Below, piece after piece: positions 38,005 to 51,435 of a stretch of 64,000 nt of DNA. Within the stretch, counting starts at the first letter, position 1, and each line of letters starts with the position of its first letter. The DNA is from Squalus acanthias (lineage: Eukaryota): the NCBI GenBank assembly GCA_030390025.1, contig CM059431.1, positions 129,272,001-129,336,000 on the forward strand, given 5' to 3'. The translations under genes and the position numbers were made by a program. Below the pieces are notes generated by a model that worked only from the letters and a program-made list of their open reading frames with translations, was not told the DNA's origin and searched no databases.

Positions 38005-40891
38005 GGGGAACAAATTCTAATGGGGCGCTAGAGTAGTATCGCTGGGGCGAGGCAAATCCAGCGCCGCACGCCAAATCCCGCCCCACCCCATAGCGCCGCC
38101 GATAAGAGTTATCGCCGGGAACGTCAATGCCAGGTGGATCGTGACGTCAGCGAGTGTGCAACGCTCACTGAACGCCCGATCTGCAAAATTGATTGTCGCC
38201 ACCTACCTTAGCACCTGGAGTAAACACCGATAGGGAGAGCTGGCGTGAAGCACCAGGAAGTCGGCTCCAGGGACGTTATTTAAAGGGATCATCAGTAATG
38301 ACTCGCAGCTGTCAGGTTAGTGCAGTTTCAGTGGTTTCTTGTCCGTTTCACATACTCCAGCAGTTTCATTCAGTAATTTCAAGGTTCTTTTTGTATCAGG
38401 TGGGTTATGGCAACTAAAAAGTAGTTACATTTATTCTTCAAAGATTCAAACTGCTACACTTGGTAACATTAATGGGGGCTGTACTGGCATGCCACCTTGC
38501 CCTCCAGGATCTATGGCAGAGGGAGTGTAGGCAGCAAGAATGACGGGGACATGTGCGCATAGAGATGAGGAGGGACATCAGGGCTCTCGCCAGGAGGCCT
38601 TACCCTCCGAGGGTATTCCTACCTTCAATGAAGTGAGGAGCAATGTATTAGATGGCTCTGCCTCACCAAGGAGGTGCTCACAGAACTCTGCCACCTCCTC
38701 CAAACAGATCTCCAGCCTCACACCAGGATGACTTAAAGCCCAAAACCCCTTTGCTCACCACATCCCCATCATTCCATCTCTCTCACAGGCCATATCACAC
38801 CGCAAAGCTGAAATGACAGACACCACACAAGAATGCTAAGTGAATTAATAAATTTATCAAAAATCAGTGAACACATTTTTACACCAAAAATATTACCTGT
38901 TCACCCACCTCAGCATGGGCCGCAGCAGTCTGGGCTGGCTGGATGACAAGGGCAATGGCGGAGTGGCAGTGGTGGGAGCAGGAATGCTGTCATCCCGACT
39001 GCCACTCCCCCGGGGCAGCACCTCAGCATCCCTAGCAATCTGTTGGAGCACAGATTGCTGGCCTGCTGCGACACTGTGAAAGCTCCGGTCGACAGTGGTA
39101 GACCCAGCCATGATGACATTGTATGAGAGCAGTCTGAGATTGAATGACAACAAGCATAAGCTCCATTACAGCACTAAGACATTGCATCGCTTCCACCTGT
39201 GCTACAATGGAAGCTGCCAGATCGCCCATCATATGCGTCATCAGGTCTGGGTCGCCACATTCTCTCTGGGAGTCTACTATCCTTTGCAGACTGCAAATGA
39301 TAGGCTCTATGGTGTGCGCAGAACCTTGTGCAAAGTTAGAGGCAGACTAATCCACGCTCCTTACCATTGCCGAGAGGCTCTTAGGGACCCTTGCTATTGC
39401 ACCTATCATATCCATGTGCATGCCCATCACCCTTCTAAAGGCCTCCCCATCGAGGTCCTCACCTGAGTCCTGTGCAGCAGAACTCGCGTGCGAACTCGCC
39501 CTCTGGGGAGCTGGACCGCAAGCTACCCTTTCCCCCTGGCTTTGCTGCAGCCCACTCATCCCCGGTGCCTCACCCTGTGCAGATTCCGCTACTATACTAG
39601 TCTCTAAAGAACACGTAGTGCCAGTATCTGAGCTGGTGTGTGTGGGTGAGAGATGCAGTGACACAGTTTGTTCTTCCTCCTCCTCTTCTCCCGCCTCGCT
39701 CTCTACGGTGCTCTCAGGGACAGGCTGCTCAGGTGCTTGCTGATTATCTGAAAGCATAAAGGCACAAGAGTCGGGTTAAGGTGAGGGGAGGGGGCAGGAA
39801 GGAAGAAATGCATGCATACAGCATGATTAGCTGGAAAGTGCAAAACGTTTGTGGGGTTAGGGGGAAATGGGATGTGAGAAGAAGGAGTCGGGATGAACAT
39901 ACCGTTGTTGTCCCCAAGGGGGTCAACGTCACCGGTGGCCACAGCGCCCACCATCTGGTGCCCAATAATCAGCAGCACTCGATTCTCCAGCGCAGACAGT
40001 GGTTGGGTGTTAGCTTGTCCCCCGCCTGTGTGATCCTGCTCCCTCCTGTTGTGAGCACCTTGGCCTGCAAGAGAAAGGAAAGTGTGTGAGTGAGTGTGGA
40101 GCAATGTGTTTGGGTGATGTGCCTGCCATAGTTGGATAGCTGTCATTGTGTGCAAGGTGTGAGATGTGTGTGTGAGTGTTGGTAGGTAGAGATTGTTGGT
40201 GGGTGAGTGCTGGGGGTGTGATGCATTAAGCAGTGTGTGAAGATTGTGGTTCAGATGGTGGTATGTAGCATTTGTTGAGGCATTGACTCACCCGACCACC
40301 TGAGTGAGGTCGTTAAGTTTCCTCCTGCACTGTGTGTGAGACCTGGGGACCCCAGTGCTGCCCGAGACGTGCTGCGCTACCTCCCTCCACATGGTGCCGA
40401 AGACTTGTGGCAAGGGCCTCCTGCCACTTGCCGGGTAGAGCACCACCCTCTGTCTCTCCACAGTGAAAATCAGTGCCTCCAATGCTTCATCGCAGAATCT
40501 GTGGGCTCTCTCCCTGGAGCGTGGATCTGCCATGAGTACAGCAGGTTCAGTCCTTTGGCTGCATCACCTTGTCCTGCTTCTGCTTGCTGAGGCAGCTACA
40601 GAGCCAGCAATGCTGAGAATGAGGTGTTGCAGCATCAATGAACCTCCCCTTTAAATACTGAAAAAAGCCTGTGGCAATCATCACTTGCGATTAGACTGCA
40701 CCTGATATTGGTCCACCCTTTGCGTGTAATGCCAATGTGCTTGGGCTTTAAGACTTGAATTAGGACTCCAATCATTTTTTGAGCAGTGAGCACGAATTTT
40801 GCGTGCATCCTAAAGCATTAGTGCCTGGCGCTAATTCTCCAACTTTTCTACTGACACCGTCCATTCCTTGGCTATAACTAATTTCTAGCCC
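38005..40891 (+). mobile_element. Internally deleted relative of the 3873 Harbinger (transposase 5' stub, 3-exon Myb gene)
   Basis: Ends GGGGAACAAATT / AATTTCTAGCCC; colinear with 3873-7911 apart from deletions. Confidence 0.9.
38900..40533 (-). pseudogene. Harbinger Myb/SANT gene, exons ~40533-40292, 40064-39903, 39747-38900
   Basis: MADPRSRERAHRFCDEALE...QCRRKLNDL; same splice sites as 5751-7555. Confidence 0.82.
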
Positions 40892-42070
40892 ATAGAATCA
40901 CACAGCACAGAAATAGGCCATTCAGCCCATTTCTGTGCCGGTTCTTTCAAAGAGCTGAGCAATTACTCCCACTCCTCGCTCTTTCTCCAAAGCCCTGCAA
41001 TTTTTTCACTTTAAGTATATATCCAATTCTCTTCTGAGAGTTACTATTGAATCTGCTTCCACCAACTTTTAAAGCAGTGCATTCCCAATCATAACAACTC
41101 GCTGCATAGAATTTTTTACCTCATCTCCCCTCTGGTTCTTTTGCCAATTATTTTAAATTTGTGTCCTCTGGTTACTGACCCACCCACCACTGGAAACAGT
41201 TTTGCCTTATTCACTCTATCAAAATCCCTCATAATTTTGAACAACAACAACTTGTATTTATATAGCGCCTTTAACGTAGTAAAATGTCTCAAGGCTTCAC
41301 AGGAGTGTCATAACACAAAATTTGACATTAGGCCAGATAAGGAGAAATTAGGGCAGCTGATCAAAGAGGTAAGTTTTAAGGAGCATCTTAAAGGAGGAAA
41401 AAGAGGTAGTGCAGCAGAGAGGTTCAGGGAGGGAATTCCAGAGCTTCGAGCCTAGGCAACTAAGGGCACGGCCACCAATGGTTGAGTGATTAAAATCAGG
41501 GATGCTCAAGAAGCCAGAATTAGAAGAGCGCAGCTTTCTCGGGGGGTTGTGGGGGTGGAGGAGATTACAGACATAGGGAGGGGTGAAGCCATGGAGGATG
41601 AAAACAAGGATGAGAATTTTAAAACTGAGACATTGCTTAATCGGGAGCCAATGTAGGTCAGCCAGCATAGGGGTAATGGGTGATGGGACACCTCTATTAA
41701 ATCTCACCATAACCTTCTCCCCTTTAAGAACAATCCCAGCTTCTCTAGTCTCTCCACACAACTGAAGTCCCTCATCCCTGGTATCATTCTTGTAAACCTG
41801 CTCTGCATCCTCTCCAAGGCCTTGACATCCTTCCTAAAGTGTGGTGCACAGAATTGGATACAATAGTCTAGCTGAGGCCTAACCAGTGATTTATAAAGGT
41901 TTAGCATAACCTTGCGTTTGTACTCTTATGCCTCTATTTATAAAGCCATATATCCCAATTACTTCTTTGAAAGATTTATCAATTTGCGTGCCACCTTCAA
42001 AGATATATGTATGTAAACCCCCAGGTCTCTCTGTTTCTGCACCACCTTTAAAATTGTGCCATTCACTTTT
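40892..42070 (-). mobile_element. CR1 3' fragment interrupted by an L2-like fragment
   Basis: ORF 41704-41907 LYKSLVRPQLDYC; CR1 tail at 40892. Confidence 0.82.
41243..41690 (-). mobile_element. L2-like LINE 3' fragment
   Basis: ITPMLADLHWLP...KLWNSLP...FKMLLKTYLF; tail GGCGCTATATAAATACAAGTTGTTG on minus. Confidence 0.75.
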
Positions 42071-42479
42071 CCCTCCAAGCTGCGGGGCTGCGCGCACTGA
42101 TCCCGAGCTCGCACGCAGTTGAATTGAAATGCCGCGCAAAGAACTGGACAGGTTCTGGAGCGGGGGAGGGCCCAATACACAATGGCCCCGGGAATCCAGA
42201 CAGACTCGTTTGTGAGTCATGCAACCTCAGAGCCAATCCCAATTGCATCTCTTGAAGTTTGTGTTCCGATGGTCGATGGGTTGCTGTGTAATGCCGAGAG
42301 GGGTTTGGTTTTTTCACTTGAACTTTGACCTTTCAGCTGGATAGCGGGAGAATCCCCCGTGCTCTGATTATTTGCCTTTGCAGCCTTCTGTGTCTGCGCT
42401 TAGTATCCAGTTGGGCCACGCTTTCGTCGGCTCCATGCAGAGGTCAGGGGCTCTGTTGGTGGCCGGTGGGGGGAAGATC

Positions 42480-43164
42480 GAGAAAGAGACTGGAGAGAGA
42501 GAGAGAGAGACGGGGGGAGAGAGAGGGGGACTGCGGAAGAGAGCGGGACTGGGGAGAGAGAGAGAGACAGGGAGAGAGAGAGAGACTGGGGGAGAGAGAG
42601 AGAGAGAGAGACTGGGGGGGAGAGAGGGACTGGGGGAGAGAGACTGGGGGAGAGAGAGACGGGGGGAGAGAGAGGGACTGGGGGAGAGAGAGGGACTGGG
42701 GGAGAGAAAGAGAAAAATGGGGGGGAGAGAGAGACGGGGAGAGAGAGGGACTGGGGGGAGAGAGACTGGGGAGAGAGAGAGAGACTGGGTAGAGAGAAAG
42801 AGATGGGAGAGAGAGAAAGAGAGACGGAGGAGGGAGAGAGAGAGAGAGACGGGGAGAGAGAGGGACTGGGGAGAGAGAGAAACTGGGGTAGCGAGAGAGA
42901 AAGACTGGGGAGAGAGAGAGAGTGACGGGTAGAGAGAGAGAGAGAGACGGAGAGAGAGAGAAAGAGAGATGGAGAGAGAGAGAGAGATGGGGGCGAGAGC
43001 GGGTCTGGGGGAGAGAGAGAGAGCCTGGGTGAGAGAGAGAGAGAGACGATGGGAGAGAGAAGGACTGAGGGAGAGAGAGAGGGACGGGAGGAAAAAGAGA
43101 GAATGGGGAGAGAGAGAGAGAAAGACTGGGAGAGAGAGAGACTGTGGGGAGAGAGAGAGACTGG

Positions 43165-43196
<32 letters not shown>

Positions 43197-43671
43197 TGGG
43201 GAGAGAGAGAGAGAAGAGAGAAACTGGGGGAAAGACTGAGGGCTGGATTTTGAATGACCCGTGGAGTCGGGTTTGGAGGCATGTGGGGGGTTAAATTTGC
43301 GGGGTCGGGTCCCTCCACGCAATTTTGACAAAATTAGTTGCGGGGTTCCCGACTCCGTCCCGCCTCCAAGAGGCGGGAGAGGCCATTAAAGCCCTTAACA
43401 AGTCTTAAATTGGCTCTGTAATGCCATTTTGAAATGTTTTAGCTAGTTTAACCCTTTTTTGACGTGAAGTACGCCTGATGTGAAACACTCCAGTGAAACC
43501 TGGCGGGAGCACAAGTGGATAGCTGACTATCGGCTGCAGGTCCACTATTACAACTGAGATGTGATGAAGGTGGTAGTATTAGGTCTGAAAGTCGCCTCTG
43601 ATGCTGCTGCTTTGAATGTCTTCAGAGACTGCATGGCCTTTGCTGTGAGAGGACTTGGATGCAAAAAATTC

Positions 43672-43713
<42 letters not shown>

Positions 43714-44225
43714 CAGCAAAAGCCAGGCAGGTCCTCTCTCACCAACAGCCAGGCAGTCTCTGAGACCAGGCAGTCAGTCTCTGACCTGCAATGCAGCAGC
43801 AATGATGACATCATCAGAGGCGACTTTCAGACTGAAAACACTAATTAGTTCATGGGTTCCCACATGCTGGAACTCAATTGCCCAATTAAGTGAAAATTGC
43901 ATCATTCTCCCACATTAATCTGGAGTCGGGGGGAACACGAAATGCGGATGACACAACCCCAACCCGACCCCAAGACAAAATCCAGCCCTGAGAGAGAGAC
44001 TGGGGGAGAGAGAGACTGGGGGAGAGAGAGAGAGAGAGAGAGAAAGACTGGGGAGGAGAGTGAGAGAGACTGGGACAGAGAGAGACTGGGGGAGAGATAG
44101 GGATAGTGAGCGATTATAGCGAGAGGGACAGAGAGAGAGACAAGGACAGAGAGATGTAGAGAGAGCAAAACAGAGGGAGAGAGGTACAGAGAGAGAGAGA
44201 GAGACAGCAAAAGAGGGAGAGAGAG
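42480..44225. repeat. (GA)n/GACTGGGGG polypurine minisatellite, split by a MITE
   Basis: 42480-43236 and 43989-44225 are almost entirely purine on +. Confidence 0.95.
43240..43988. mobile_element. Harbinger-type MITE (749 bp)
   Basis: Perfect TIR GGGCTGGATTTT/AAAATCCAGCCC; TSD TGA (43237-43239, 43989-43991). Confidence 0.92.
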
Positions 44226-45559
44226 AGTGGTGATGGTCCAGACATGTGTAGTCTGTTCCCGGGGACTGAGCAGTGGCCGCACTTTTGCACAGCACATGTA
44301 CAATGGCTGCTGGAAGGAGGCTAAAGCAAACAAGTTTTAGGCCCACGGTGAAACAAAAATGAGAATTCTTCTTTAAAAAATTCAGAAAATTGTTTAAAGT
44401 CGGAAAAAAATACAGGAAAGTGATGTTGAATGTCCCGCAGTAAGTTCCAGTTAAATTTTGCCAGGTGTTATCCCCTTTTTGAAAGAGTTTATCAAGGTTA
44501 TTTAAATCATGTTGTGAGAGAGGGGTAAAAGTTTGTGCCCCTGTTTGTACCTCAGAGTCTGAGAGACAGAGGGAACGGCAGCAGAAAAAGAGGAAACAAT
44601 TTCGCCAAAACTGATCCCAACTCATCGCCAAGGCTGGGGAGAGATAACCTCACCACCTTCTTTGGAAGTTTAACCACTTTCTTATTTGAGCTCCGTTTGG
44701 AATTAGAGTTTATTTAATTATTTTTTTGTTGTATGTTTACCGAGAGCGTTGAAGAGGGAAAGAGAAACTTGGAGCAACTTCTTCTGTCAAAGCTGCAACG
44801 AGTCTTGAAAGAATTTAAAGATTTTTAATGAACTTTTCACAAAAAATGAGTGTTGAAAACACTTTTTTACCCCCTAAGTTTCGAATATGATTTTGGAAGA
44901 AACAGAAACAAAAATCAATTTTCCCCTCATCTAAACAAGTTTCAACCAGGTCTTGAAGTCCCAAAGCTTTTAAAAAGGGTCTGAAATACTTAAAACGTCT
45001 TAAAATTGAAATTTCTCAATATTTGATTTTGACATGTTACATGGGGCCGGGGGTGGGAGTTGCTGGTTCAAGAAGACAACGTTTATTAATGGAAGTGATT
45101 GAAGTTGGAAATACGTAATACCTGTTTTTGTTCAATTCTTTTTAATACTGTGAACTAAAGAACTACAGTACTTTATATTTGTTGGTTGTCTAGTTGCATT
45201 GTGATTAATATTCTAATTACGTATCTGGACGTACAGCACGTCCCGCCATAGGAAAGCTGCTGCTCCTGCTGCTTGTGCAGCCATTGCCATAGTGACATGA
45301 GGGATGGGCTAATACGTTGAAAACTTTAAAATTAATACAAATTGCACGAATAGATACGCCTCTTTCAGCTCACCTTGGGCTTTTGGATTGTTTGTCGATG
45401 CATAACCGTGTAACTGAGTGACATTTCTGAAGTGTTAATACATTATTATGCAGTTCTTTTATATCCCAATCATTTCTGACAAGTAATTTTTTTAAATAGA
45501 GTTTGTAGATGATGAACTAAAAGCTTTTAATTAACTCTACCGTAAACAAACTTGCAGAA

Positions 45560-45820
45560 TGGGCATGTAAATGACAAATTAGTTTCAATATAGATAAATA
45601 TGAGGTGGTGCATTTTGGTAGGAGGAATAAGGAGGCCACCTACTCCTTGGATAATAAGAGTCTAAATGGAGTAGAGGTGCAAAGGGATTTAGGGGTATAG
45701 ATTCACAAATCATTAAAAGTAGCAACCCAGGTTAAAAAAGCCATAAAAGTGCAAATAAAGCACTGGGGTTCATTTCTAGAGGAATAGAATTCAAAAGCAG
45801 AGAAATTATGTTAAATTGTA
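45560..45820 (+). mobile_element. CR1 RT C-terminal fragment
   Basis: HFGRRN...QRDLGV-like sequence matching other CR1 copies. Confidence 0.7.
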
Positions 45821-46039
45821 TAGACCATTGTCTGATTGTCTCATGATTTGAGATGGTGGGGTGGCAATATAGCATTACTGTATATATGCTTCGAAGTGGT
45901 CGCTGTTGCTGCTGTTGTAAAAGTTGTTGTTGTTGTAAAATTTGCTCACGGATGAAAAGGTCGCGCTCAAAGGAGTTTGTGGCCCACTCAGTACAAAACA
46001 AAGTTAGAGGGAGCATTGGTGCCATTTAGTTTATATTGC

Positions 46040-46735
46040 CTCTCCTCATTCATCCTCCCAAAATGCATCACTTCACACTTCTCTGCATTAAATTTCATCT
46101 GCCACGTGTCCGCCCATTTCACTAATCTGTATATGTCCTCCTAAAGTCTGCTAATATCCTCCTCACTGTTTGCTACATTTTCAAGTTTTGTGCCGTCTAT
46201 AAACTTTGAAATTTTGCCTCCTATACCCAATTCCAGGTTATTAATATACATCAAAAAAAGCAGTGGTCCTAATACCGACCCCGGGGACACCACAGTCTGC
46301 TTCCCTCCAGTCTGGTAAACAACCCTTCACCACTACTCCTTGCTTTCTGTCTTTTAGCCAACTTTGTATACACACAGCCATTGCCCCTTTAATCCCTTGG
46401 GCTTTGATTTTTCTAACATGTCTTTATGTGGCACTTTATCGAACACTTTTTGAAATTCCATATACACAATATCAACTACACAACCCTCATCAACCCTCTC
46501 TGTTATTTCATCGAACAACTCAATCAACTTTGTCAGACATGATTTGCCTCAACAAATCCATGCTGTCTGTTATTTATTAACACTTGTACTTCCAAGTGAC
46601 AATTGCTTTTGTCCTGAATTATGATCTCGAAAAGTTTCCCCACCACTGACATTTGGCTGACTGGCCTATAGTTACCGGGTTCTCCCCTTTTTTCAACAGG
46701 GATGTAACATTTGCAAACCTCCAGTCCTCTGGCAC
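46040..46735 (-). mobile_element. Degraded CR1 RT fragment
   Basis: PGNYRPVS...RQHGFV; MKFNAEKCEVMHFG in reverse. Confidence 0.78.
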
Positions 46736-47352
46736 CTTCACTTTCAGCCAATTTCATGTCCATGCTTCAACTGTCCCTTTAATTCCATGGGCTTCAATTT
46801 TGCTAATAAGCTTTTAACATTTTTTCTACCTCAAACCCATTTCTTTACTTCTACTGAATCCAATTCTTTATCTAAATTCCTGACTACTGTTCATATTTAC
46901 TGTACTATTTATTCATTACTGCCATGGCAGCCCATTCTGACTAAATATGAAGACGTAGGAGGAAATTTTTCAGGGGGTCAGCTGGCACGTTTGGTGGCGG
47001 GTCGGGTGGGAAAAAAAATTTTGACAGCTGATCGGGACCCCGCTGTCAACCCACCGCCACACAACTTTCCCAGATGTCAGGGCTGAACAGACCCAACATG
47101 CAGCGGTGGGGGAGGCAATTCAGGTCATTATGACCTTGTTAACAGTCCATTAAAAATATTTTGAGCTCACCTTACCATTTTACGAGGTCGCCCACGGGGT
47201 CCACGCTACTCGGGGATCACGTCAGGTAAGGAGATCGGGAGTTGTATGACCATGGAATCATCTCGTTACTTGACAGCTGCAAATGTGCTATAAAAGCTCC
47301 CATCTCACAGCTGTTCACTTTCTAAGCTCAGAAGCTGTTGCTTACTGCATTT

Positions 47353-50300
47353 CCTAAACCAATATGTTGAGGAACCAACTAGAGGGGAGGCCATCCTGGA
47401 CTGGGTGTTGTGTAATGAGGAAGGACTAATCAGCAATCTTGTGGTGCGAGGCCCCTTGGGGAAGAGTGACCATAGTATGGTGGAGTTCTACATTAGGATG
47501 GAGAAGGAAACAGTTAATTCAGAGACCATGGTCCAGAACTTAAATAAAGGGCAACTTTGAGGGTATGAGGCGTGAATTGGCGAGGTTAGATTGGCAAGCG
47601 ATATTTAAAGGGTTATCAGTGGAAGGGCAATGGCAGACATTTAGAGATCGCATGGATGAACTACAGCAATTGCACATCCCTGTCTGGCGTAAAAATAAAA
47701 AAGGGAAGGTGGCTCAACCATGGCTAACAAGGGAAATCAGGGATAGTATTAAAAGCAAGGAAGTGGCAAACAAATTGGCCAGAAGTAGCAGCAAACCCGG
47801 GGACTGGGAGAACTTTAAAACTCAGCAGAGGAGGACGAAGGGTTTGATTAGGGCAGGGAAAATAAAATATGAAAGGAAGCTTGCGGAGAACATTAAAACG
47901 GACTGCAAATGCTTCTATAAATATGTAAAAAGAAAGAGGTTAGTAAAAACAAACGTAGGTCCCCTGCAGTCAGAAACAGGGGAAGTCATAATGGGGAACA
48001 AAGAAATGGCAGATCAATTGAACAAGTACTTTGGTTCGGTGTTTACTGTGGAGGACACAAACAACCTTCCGGAAATAAAAGAGATCAAAGAATCTGGTAA
48101 GAGGGAGGAGCTGAGGGAAATCCTTATCAGTCGGGAAAAGGTGTTGGAGAAATTGATGGGACTGAAGGCTGATAAATCCCCAGGGCCTGATGGTCTGCAT
48201 CCCAGAGTACTTAAGGAGGTGGCCTTGGAAATAGTGGATGCATTGACGATCATTTTCCAACATTCCTTAGACTCTGGATCAGTTCCGAAGGAGTGGAGGG
48301 TGGCTAATGTAACCCCTCTTTTTAAAAAAGGAGGGAGGGAGAAAGCAGGGAATTATAGACCGGTCAGCCTGACATCGGTGGTGGGTAAAATGATGGAATC
48401 AATTATTAAAGATGTCATAACAGACCATTTGGAAAGTGGCGACATGATAGGTCCAAGTCAGCATGGATTTGTTGTAAGGGTTTTGACCCGTGTGGCTCTG
48501 TGCTCAGCCTGGGTGCTAGTGCGAGGTTAGGCCTTGTTGCCTGTTCTGGTCTCCAGCCAGCCTGGTAGCACTAGACACCTGTGAGTGGTTCGACCCACTC
48601 GCCTTACGGTTCTGACACTGGACTTAGATGCGAGAGCAATAATGCAGAGAAAACTCAGGTAGACCCAGTTGAATAGTGCGAAATGGAAAATCTTTATTGC
48701 ATATTATTCAAGATTACGAAATACATGTCATAAGCACAGATTAATGACAGTACAATCTTACACGCAGTTATGTAGCTAATTTTAGGGAAATGAGGAGCGC
48801 ACGACACATCGTAAAAGGGGGCACACATTACAGTTATCCTTAAAACTTAAACTCTCCCCTATCAATACCTGCCCGAAACTAGATTTGTAGGATCGAGACT
48901 CATGCTCACCACTCGTGATAACTCGGAGAATTCCGAAACTCTGCTCGGATGTTTTTCCTGCAGCACCTGACCACCCATGTGTTGATCAGGGGTCTCTGTA
49001 CCCCACTTGTTTACTCGTTTCTGCTCCGGCTAGCAGGCTGGACCGTCTGCTGTCATGAAGATCTGTGTTGTCCTCGGAGTTCCGACACGACTCAAAAAAT
49101 AGTCTTCCTGTGCCCTCGCCCCGATGCAATAAAATTCGAAGAATGGTCTTCCTGTGCCCTCACGCCAGTTTGTAAAACTCAAAGAATAGTCTTCCTGGGC
49201 AAGGAAAGTGTGTATTCGACCTACAGGCGCGGTCGGGGCTTACTGACCGTGGCGATACGTATGGTCGTCTTCTTCTCTTCTCATCTCATCTCATCTCATC
49301 TCATCTCATCTCATCTCGGGCCTTCGGTTCCAACACCGTTTACCGACTTCTCGGGATGGTGTGCCCGTTTCAAGGCTTCACAGCCCAGTTCCACACAGAT
49401 CTTCGCGGCAAGCCACGAGGTTGATCCTGGCGGATCAGAAAGTTCAAAGTCTTCTAGCAAGTCGAGCAGCAAGAGTCAGGATCCAAGAGTCAAGATGCAG
49501 ATGCAAGAGTCAAGAGAGAGATGGACGGTTGTACCTTACAGTTATAGTGCTGTAATTCCTCTTTTCCCGCCCAATCTTAATGTCTTTTCTTTTGTCAGGG
49601 TTTTGGCGCCCAAACTTCTTGTATAGGGTGATCTCCGTTTAATGGGTTTCGGTGATACTTGTAACTGCCTGAGTACCCGTTAATACTTCTCCCATTGTGT
49701 AACCGGTCAGTATTCTCCCTGGAGGGGTTTTGGGGCTTCCAAATGTTTCTGTAACTACCCGCAAACGGCTCTGTCATCGTAGAGTCGTGGGGATTTTGCA
49801 TATTAATGTCTTTGGATGGGTTCTTGATCGCTCGGTACAATAGCCCTTATTCGCACCTGGGAGACCGATTCCAGTATTTATGTGTAAAATGCAAACCCAT
49901 TATGTCTTGTGATTTATCTCAAATGTGCTGAGTCTTGTCCAATCTCGCACAAATGTTTATTGGAACGCCATCTTGTCTGCTTATCGAAAAGTCTAGAATG
50001 TTCTGCCACGAGGCGTGGCGGCCATTTTACAGGCTGCTTGTGTCCACTTTGAAAACCTGACAGCATTCTGCTGAAATAAAGCTGTTTGTACGAAACTATG
50101 TGTCTCCTCCTTATTTATAAAATCGCGATAATATTGCGAATTCTACATTGTGAAAGGGAAATCATGCTTGACAAATCTTCTGGAATTTTTTGAGGATGTT
50201 TCCAATAGGGTGGACGGGGGGGGAACCAGTAGATGTGGTGTATTTGGACTTTCGGAAGGCCTTCGACAAGGTCCCACACAAGAGATTGGTGTTCAAAGTT

Positions 50301-51435
50301 AAAGCACATGGGATTGGGGGTAATGTGTTGACGTGGATTGAGAACTGGTTGGCACACAGGAAACAAAGAGTAGGAGTAAATGGGTACTTTTCAGAATGGC
50401 AGGCAGTGACCAGCGGGGTACCGCAGGGTTCAGTGCTGGGGCCCCAGCTGTTTACATTATATATTAATGATTTGGACGAAGGGATTAATTGTAATATCTC
50501 CAAATTTGTGGATGACACTAAATTGGGAGGCAGTGTGAACAATGAGGAGGATGCTAGGAGGCTACAGAGTGACTTGGACAGGTTGGGTGAATGGGCAAAT
50601 GTATGGCAAATGAAGTACAATGTGGATAAATGTGAGGTTATCCACTTTGGTGGTAAAAATAGGGAGGCAGACTATTACCTGAATGGTGGCAGATTAGGGA
50701 AAGGGGAGGTGCAACGAGACCTGGGCGTCATGGTACATCAGTCACTGAAGGTGGGAAGGCAAGTGCAGCAGGCAGTCAAGAAAGCAAATGGCATGATGGC
50801 CTTCATAGCAAGGGGATTTGAGTACAGGAGTAGGGAAGTGATGCTACAGTTGTACAGGGCCTTGGTGAGGCCACACCTGGAGGATTGTGTGCAGTTTTGG
50901 TCTCCTAACTTGAGGAAGGACATTCTTGCTATTGAGGGAGTGCAACGAAGGTTCACTAGATTGATTCCTGGGATGGCCAGACTGACATATCAAGAAAGAC
51001 TGGATCAACTGAACTTGTATCCTCTGGAGTTCAGAAGAATGAGGGGGGATCTTATAGAGACGTTTAAAATCCTGACTGGTTTAGACAAATTAGATGCGGG
51101 CAGAATGTTTCCAATGTTAGGGGAAACTAAAACCAGGGGTCACAGTCTAAGGATAAAGGGGAAGCCATTTAAGACTGAGATGAGGAGGAACTTCTTCACC
51201 CAGAGAGTGGTGAATCTGTGGAATTCTCTACCACAGAAGGTTGTTGAGGCCAGTTCGCTAAATATATTCAAAAGGGAGTTAGATATAATACTCACAACTA
51301 GGGGGATCAAGGGGTATGGCGAGAAAGCAGGAATGGGGTACTGAGGTAGCATGTTCAGCCATGAACGCATTGAATGGCGGTGCAGGCTCGAAGGACCGAA
51401 TGGTCTACTCCTGCACCTATTTTCTATGTTTCTAT
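47353..51435 (+). mobile_element. Relatively intact 5'-truncated CR1 ORF2 interrupted by a solo LTR
   Basis: ORFs 47565-48530 and 50190-51344 ([14 protein letters not shown]); (TTTCTATG)n tail. Confidence 0.95.
48473..50147 (-). mobile_element. Solo LTR, 1675 bp (LTR retrotransposon or ERV)
   Basis: TGTA...TACA ends; 4-bp TSD TTGT (48469-48472, 50148-50151); removal restores CR1 QHGFVKGKSC; internal (TCTCA)n. Confidence 0.85.

Noticed and set aside
42325..43331. Long ORFs rich in ER/LS
   Set aside because: Translations of the (GA)n tract.
48949..49626. 225-aa ORF inside the LTR
   Set aside because: Antisense to the inferred LTR orientation, includes (TCTCA)n, no recognisable domain; only patchy match to 63498-63920 through DNA homology.
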